This document shows positions 32,915-36,660 of a DNA stretch of 36,660 nucleotides, in pieces (positions within the stretch are counted from its first letter, which is position 1; each line of letters begins with the position of its first letter). The DNA is from an uncultured archaeon (GTDB lineage: Archaea > Altiarchaeota > Altiarchaeia > IMC4 > SCGC-AAA252-I15), in contig CABMCB010000038.1 of the NCBI GenBank assembly GCA_902384455.1, forward strand, positions 1-36,660. The letters run 5' to 3'. Position numbers and translations under genes: made by a program. The notes beneath the pieces were generated by a model. It made no database searches and had not been told where the DNA came from. It worked only from the letters and a program-made list of their open reading frames with translations.

Positions 32915-33309
32915 GCCGAAAACACTACAGCCAGTTCAACGTCACAGAAACCGCGTTCATTCACGGTTACATCCGCGCCAACGCCGCCAAGGTTACCGGA
33001 GCGGAGCATTTTTACGACCGCGCATCAGAGCGCACCTTTGACATATCCCAAGCGGTGGACACGCTGGCAAACGGGCGGGTTATAGAGGTTCACAACGACA
33101 GGTCACCCCGCATCCGCGCCTTGGTTCGCCGTCAGAGTGGCCCCAACTCCGGCACAAACGTGGTCGTAGATTTGATGGACTGGCACGTGGTTACGGTTTA
33201 CTACAACAGCCCATCGGACACCCATGACACGCTGAACTGGTCGCCGTACCGCTGGCAAGTTAACGTGGTTAATCTCGTGAAATCGCTTCGAGGTGAAAAG
33301 TGCAAATAA
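32911..33309 (+). CDS. Hypothetical protein
   Basis: AAGGAGG RBS, ATGA coupling. Confidence 0.72.
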   Translation: MSRKHYSQFNVTETAFIHGYIRANAAKVTGAEHFYDRASERTFDISQAVDTLANGRVIEVHNDRSPRIRALVRRQSGPNSGTNVVVDLMDWHVVTVYYNSPSDTHDTLNWSPYRWQVNVVNLVKSLRGEKCK

Positions 33310-33367
33310 CGCTCGCCGAGATTCGGAAATACGTACACACAAATCTGATTGTGGAGATGGAGACTTT

Positions 33368-33586
33368 ATGACGCGTGAAGAAGTTTTGAACAAGCTTTGC
33401 ACTCTTTGTACCGAGGTTTCTAAAAAACGTTTCGGTAACTCGGAGGCATCCGACTGTTTTTGCCCCCAAGGCGACATCAGCCGCTTAATTGCTATTCGAT
33501 ACGGTCTTAACTTTCAGTTTTCCGATAAGGTTATCGCCTTTATTGAGCAGGCAGTGAAGGAAAAACTATCAAAGGGAAAATCATGA
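33368..33586 (+). CDS. Hypothetical protein
   Basis: GGAG RBS before MTREEV. Confidence 0.6.
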   Translation: MTREEVLNKLCTLCTEVSKKRFGNSEASDCFCPQGDISRLIAIRYGLNFQFSDKVIAFIEQAVKEKLSKGKS

Positions 33587-33771
33587 TTACCGTTTACAGT
33601 GGAAAACCCGGAGATAACAAAATTTACGTTGACTACATCGACATCGGTAGCGAGGCACGACGCGCTGCCCGTAATAAGGCCGCTAAGGCACCAGCGACAC
33701 GTAAAATTGCGGATAAGCGCCGCAAGGAACAAGATAAATGGGCTGAAAAACTGGTGAAGGAGGTGGTGTAA
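33583..33771 (+). CDS. Hypothetical protein
   Basis: ATGA coupling. Confidence 0.6.
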   Translation: MITVYSGKPGDNKIYVDYIDIGSEARRAARNKAAKAPATRKIADKRRKEQDKWAEKLVKEVV

Positions 33772-33772
33772 A

Positions 33773-33913
33773 ATGGTTGTCTCTTTATTTATTTCCCTGT
33801 CTGTTATCGGATTGCTGCTGGGCGCGTATTGTCTTATTCTCGCGCTGTGCAAAGCGGCATGCAAGCCGACGCCGAAACCGGGAAAGGACTTCGACGAGCG
33901 CGGATTGTACTAG
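33773..33913 (+). CDS. Small membrane protein (46 aa)
   Basis: GGAGG RBS; MVVSLFISLSVIGLLLGAYCLILAL. Confidence 0.55.
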   Translation: MVVSLFISLSVIGLLLGAYCLILALCKAACKPTPKPGKDFDERGLY

Positions 33914-33997
33914 TACTTTTTAGGGGAGTTATATAGTTGACTTCCTTCGGTAAAATTTACATGCTTCGTACTAGTACGAAATAGTTTAAGAATGTAC

Positions 33998-34026
33998 TTG
34001 ACTACCGCAAGGGAGTTATGTACAAT
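33998..34026 (+). promoter_or_regulatory. Sigma70-type promoter
   Basis: TTGACT-17 bp-TACAAT followed by GGTTTC. Confidence 0.8.
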
Positions 34027-34050
34027 GGTTTCAGAAAGTGAGGAAGCCAA

Positions 34051-34260
34051 ATGACAAACGAAGCCATCCAAGCCTATCTAAATCGGAAACTGGAAGCCGC
34101 CTTGGACGAAGTTCACATGGAAGAATACGAAGCCGCGCATCCTACTCCGGCTCACATCCCTTACGGTCGCTGCCCTCGCCATCCGCACGTCGTTATCAGT
34201 AACGGAATGTTCGACGGGATGTGTAACCTTTGCGAACAGGTGGCTGAAAATGAAAACTAA
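34051..34260 (+). CDS. Hypothetical protein
   Basis: GAGG RBS; CPRH...CNLC. Confidence 0.65.
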   Translation: MTNEAIQAYLNRKLEAALDEVHMEEYEAAHPTPAHIPYGRCPRHPHVVISNGMFDGMCNLCEQVAENEN

Positions 34261-34447
34261 CTCCATCCAACTGACAGAAGAGGAAATTAAAATTATCCTG
34301 TCAATGTTCCACGAGAACATGTGTTTGCCGTCTCAGGCGGAGGACGCTTTGCAGAAGCGTTTCGAGCACATGTTGATGCAGGACGCCTACGAGTCCATTC
34401 AAAATGCACGCAATGAATTTTCGACGCCCCAGCGGAGGAAGTTGTGA
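34250..34447 (+). CDS. Hypothetical protein
   Basis: Overlaps the upstream stop. Confidence 0.6.
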   Translation: MKTNSIQLTEEEIKIILSMFHENMCLPSQAEDALQKRFEHMLMQDAYESIQNARNEFSTPQRRKL

Positions 34448-34563
34448 GTCGCTCAACTATCAGGACGTTCAAACTGTTCGAGATGTTCGGGAATTATATA
34501 GATGACTCCCTAGTGTAAATTCTACACGATTCGTACTAGTACAAAATAGGTTTAAGAATGTAC

Positions 34564-34592
34564 TTGACTCCCTTGAGGGAGTTATGTACAAT
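34564..34592 (+). promoter_or_regulatory. Sigma70-type promoter
   Basis: TTGACT-17 bp-TACAAT within a ~120 bp duplicate of the 33998 promoter region. Confidence 0.8.
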
Positions 34593-34618
34593 GTTCCTTA
34601 GAAAGCGAGGACAACGAA

Positions 34619-34765
34619 ATGAAAATCACTCATGCAATTTTCTGGAATGGAAAGCAAGTAAATACAGCAATCAGCCTTCAAATGGCGAAGCAAACCAAGG
34701 TGGGCATGGAACGTGACTATGGCCCGCTTCCGAAGGGTACGCTGACCATCAAGGCAGTGCGTTAA
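34619..34765 (+). CDS. Small hypothetical protein (48 aa)
   Basis: GAGGA RBS; MKITHAIFWNGK...; TAATG-coupled to the next ORF. Confidence 0.55.
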   Translation: MKITHAIFWNGKQVNTAISLQMAKQTKVGMERDYGPLPKGTLTIKAVR

Positions 34766-35367
34766 TGCCGCAAGCATCTCACGTTCAACTGCACAGTCCG
34801 AAATGGTCGCATCCGCTCGACCACGGCTTCATGTACGCCCTCTCCTCGTTAGGCGATTTGACGGAGTATTGGCTGGAAGTTCGTGGCGGTCACATTAGAG
34901 AGGGATTCGCAGACTACTTACAAAGCCGCGAGTGGGACCACGCCAATGGCGGGAGCGGCGTACAGTCTCACGTCCACACGCGAGAAGGTCGCGTTCTTTC
35001 GGTGCTTGTAGACGTGGAGCAAGGCAAAGAAGAACGCCGTTCGATGGTAAAGGTGTTCATAGACTTCCAAGATAAAGTGCATCAAGGAATGTTGGAAGCC
35101 ATCAATCGTAGCGGCACAATTTTCGTGAATGAAAACGGCGGCTACTTCGAGTTGTCAGAAAGTGTAAAAGTTCTTGCGACCGTTGAATTGAAGAATTGGA
35201 TTCTTCCCGGCGACCCCCGTGTTCGACTTCTCCAATGGCAAGATGGTGGTCACTACTATGCTAAGGTCGGTAACGAAGATGTGGTTCTTTACGGTAAGCA
35301 AAAGTGGGATACAAAAGAAGAGGCTCAGGACGCGGCTAAAAAGTGGCTTCTCAGGAACGCACAATGA
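34765..35367 (+). CDS. Hypothetical protein (200 aa)
   Basis: ORF track; coupled start. Confidence 0.65.
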   Translation: MPQASHVQLHSPKWSHPLDHGFMYALSSLGDLTEYWLEVRGGHIREGFADYLQSREWDHANGGSGVQSHVHTREGRVLSVLVDVEQGKEERRSMVKVFIDFQDKVHQGMLEAINRSGTIFVNENGGYFELSESVKVLATVELKNWILPGDPRVRLLQWQDGGHYYAKVGNEDVVLYGKQKWDTKEEAQDAAKKWLLRNAQ

Positions 35368-35417
35368 GCCGCCTTCAAAAGTGCGGGAGTCATCTATATA
35401 ATTCCCCTTTTTAGTCG

Positions 35418-35446
35418 TTGACAAAGCCGGGAGACCGGCGTACACT
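35418..35446 (+). promoter_or_regulatory. Sigma70-type promoter
   Basis: TTGACA-17 bp-TACACT followed by GGTTTC. Confidence 0.8.
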
Positions 35447-35497
35447 GGTTTCAGTCAGAACGGGCCAGACCCAACCTGACAGAAAAGAGAACACCGA

Positions 35498-36325
35498 ATG
35501 AGGCTTCAATCACGCAACCGCATCAACTATCAGAACCGCCCCCTATCAAACGAAGAATTGAACGAAATTGTGCCATCGGCGTTTGCCACTCAGCCGTGGT
35601 ACGCGCAGTCCTCTCGTTATGCCTTTGTGCCCACGTCGAATGTTATTGATGGGATGCGCTCCGCTGGTTTTCAGCCCTTCAATGCCATTCAGTCCGCCTC
35701 TCGGACTCTCGATAAGAAGTTTTTCACCAAGCACGAAATCCGCTTTCGCGCCAATGATGCCGTTGCCGTGGTCGGCGATACGTTTGTGGAAGCAATTCTG
35801 ATTAACTCTCACGACGGCACCTCGGCTTACGAACTGTCTTTAGGAGCGTGGCGTTTGACTTGCTTGAACGGCGCGAAGGTTTCCGAGGGTCTGGCCGAAA
35901 TCGTCAAAATCCGCCACACCGGAAACATTATTCAAAACGTTGTCGAAGCTACCCAGAATATTTTGCTCGCCGCCCCCAAGGTCGTCGAAGCTATCGCCAA
36001 GTGGAAGACAATCGACCTCTCCCCCGCCGAATCGCGCATACTGGCAGAGGAGGCGCACAGTATTCGCTTCGATGATGCCGCTATTGCCCCATAACCGGAA
36101 AAGCTGTTGCAGCCTCGCCGCTATCAGGACAACGGCACTGACTTGTGGTCTACGTTTAACCGCATTCAGGAAAATGCAGTCGAAGGCGGACTTAAGACCT
36201 TTAACCCGTCTACCTCTCGTCGAAACCGCACCCGCCCGGTCGTGGGTATTGCGGAGAATACCAAACTCAATCGAGCCCTCTGGTCTCTTATGGAGAAAAT
36301 GGCGGAGCTAAAGGGCGCGGCCTAA
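35498..36325 (+). pseudogene. DUF932-family protein interrupted by one in-frame TAA (36092-36094)
   Basis: SSRYAFVPT, TKHEIRFR, LINSHDGTSAY, RLTCLNG and, past the stop in the same frame, LLQPRR..D...LWSTFNRIQEN...LNRALW. Confidence 0.8.
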
Positions 36326-36381
36326 ATAACCGGCGCAGGGCGGAGCGCAAAATCCGCCCACCGAGTTCAGGAGAAGTAAAG

Positions 36382-36660
36382 ATGAAAATCATTAACAGAT
36401 TTACCGGGCTGATAATTTATAAAGACGAAGCAGCGTCTTTAAAAAATTCGGTAGAGCAGGCTGTTATAGCTGGAAAATCTCTCGTATGCTCCGACCTCGG
36501 AGGAGCCAACCTCAGAGGAGCCAACCTCGGAGGAGCCGACCTCGGAGGAGCCAACCTCGGAGGAGCCAACCTCGTAGGAGCCAACCTCGGAGGAGCCAAC
36601 CTCGTAGGAGCCAACCTCAGAGAAGCCAACCTCAGAGGAGCCAACCTCGGAGGAGCCCAC
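36382..36660 (+). CDS. Pentapeptide repeat protein (truncated by window end)
   Basis: AGGAG RBS; MKIINRFTG... followed by tandem A(N/D)LxG pentapeptides encoded by 15-bp repeats. Confidence 0.88.
   Translation, partial: MKIINRFTGLIIYKDEAASLKNSVEQAVIAGKSLVCSDLGGANLRGANLGGADLGGANLGGANLVGANLGGANLVGANLREANLRGANLGGAH

Noticed and set aside
36092-36094. Stop-codon reassignment
   Set aside because: TAA, TAG and TGA all end well-packed genes in this window, and no suppressor tRNA was found.
36490-36660. CRISPR array, or the minus-strand repeat ORFs (36417-36644, 36439-36660)
   Set aside because: The 15-bp tandem units have no spacers and encode pentapeptide repeats on the plus strand; the minus-strand ORFs are shadows.

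Overview
This window is part of a tailed-phage genome. The minus strand (1-~29340) carries the virion module: terminase large subunit, portal, probable scaffold, and a 341-aa major capsid protein split into four exons by three group I introns, two of which encode homing endonucleases. It also carries a family of putative fibre/decoration proteins. A ~10 kb array (18856-28630) holds 33 CCA-ending tRNA genes covering 19 amino acids (no Glu found) and is invaded by seven free-standing HNH endonucleases. Between the tRNAs lie a phage-encoded, structurally reduced RNase P RNA, two circularly permuted tRNA mimics (YrlA/Y-RNA-like topology) and several unassigned pseudoknotted RNAs. A covarying kissing-loop/pseudoknot leader precedes three HNH genes. 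A ~2 kb non-coding switch region (29340-31300) contains NrdR-like boxes, an iterated motif and a ~220 bp inverted repeat. It separates this arm from a plus-strand cluster of small early-type genes with repeated sigma70-type promoters. All calls were made by eye with no database searches, so RNA ends may be off by a few nt.
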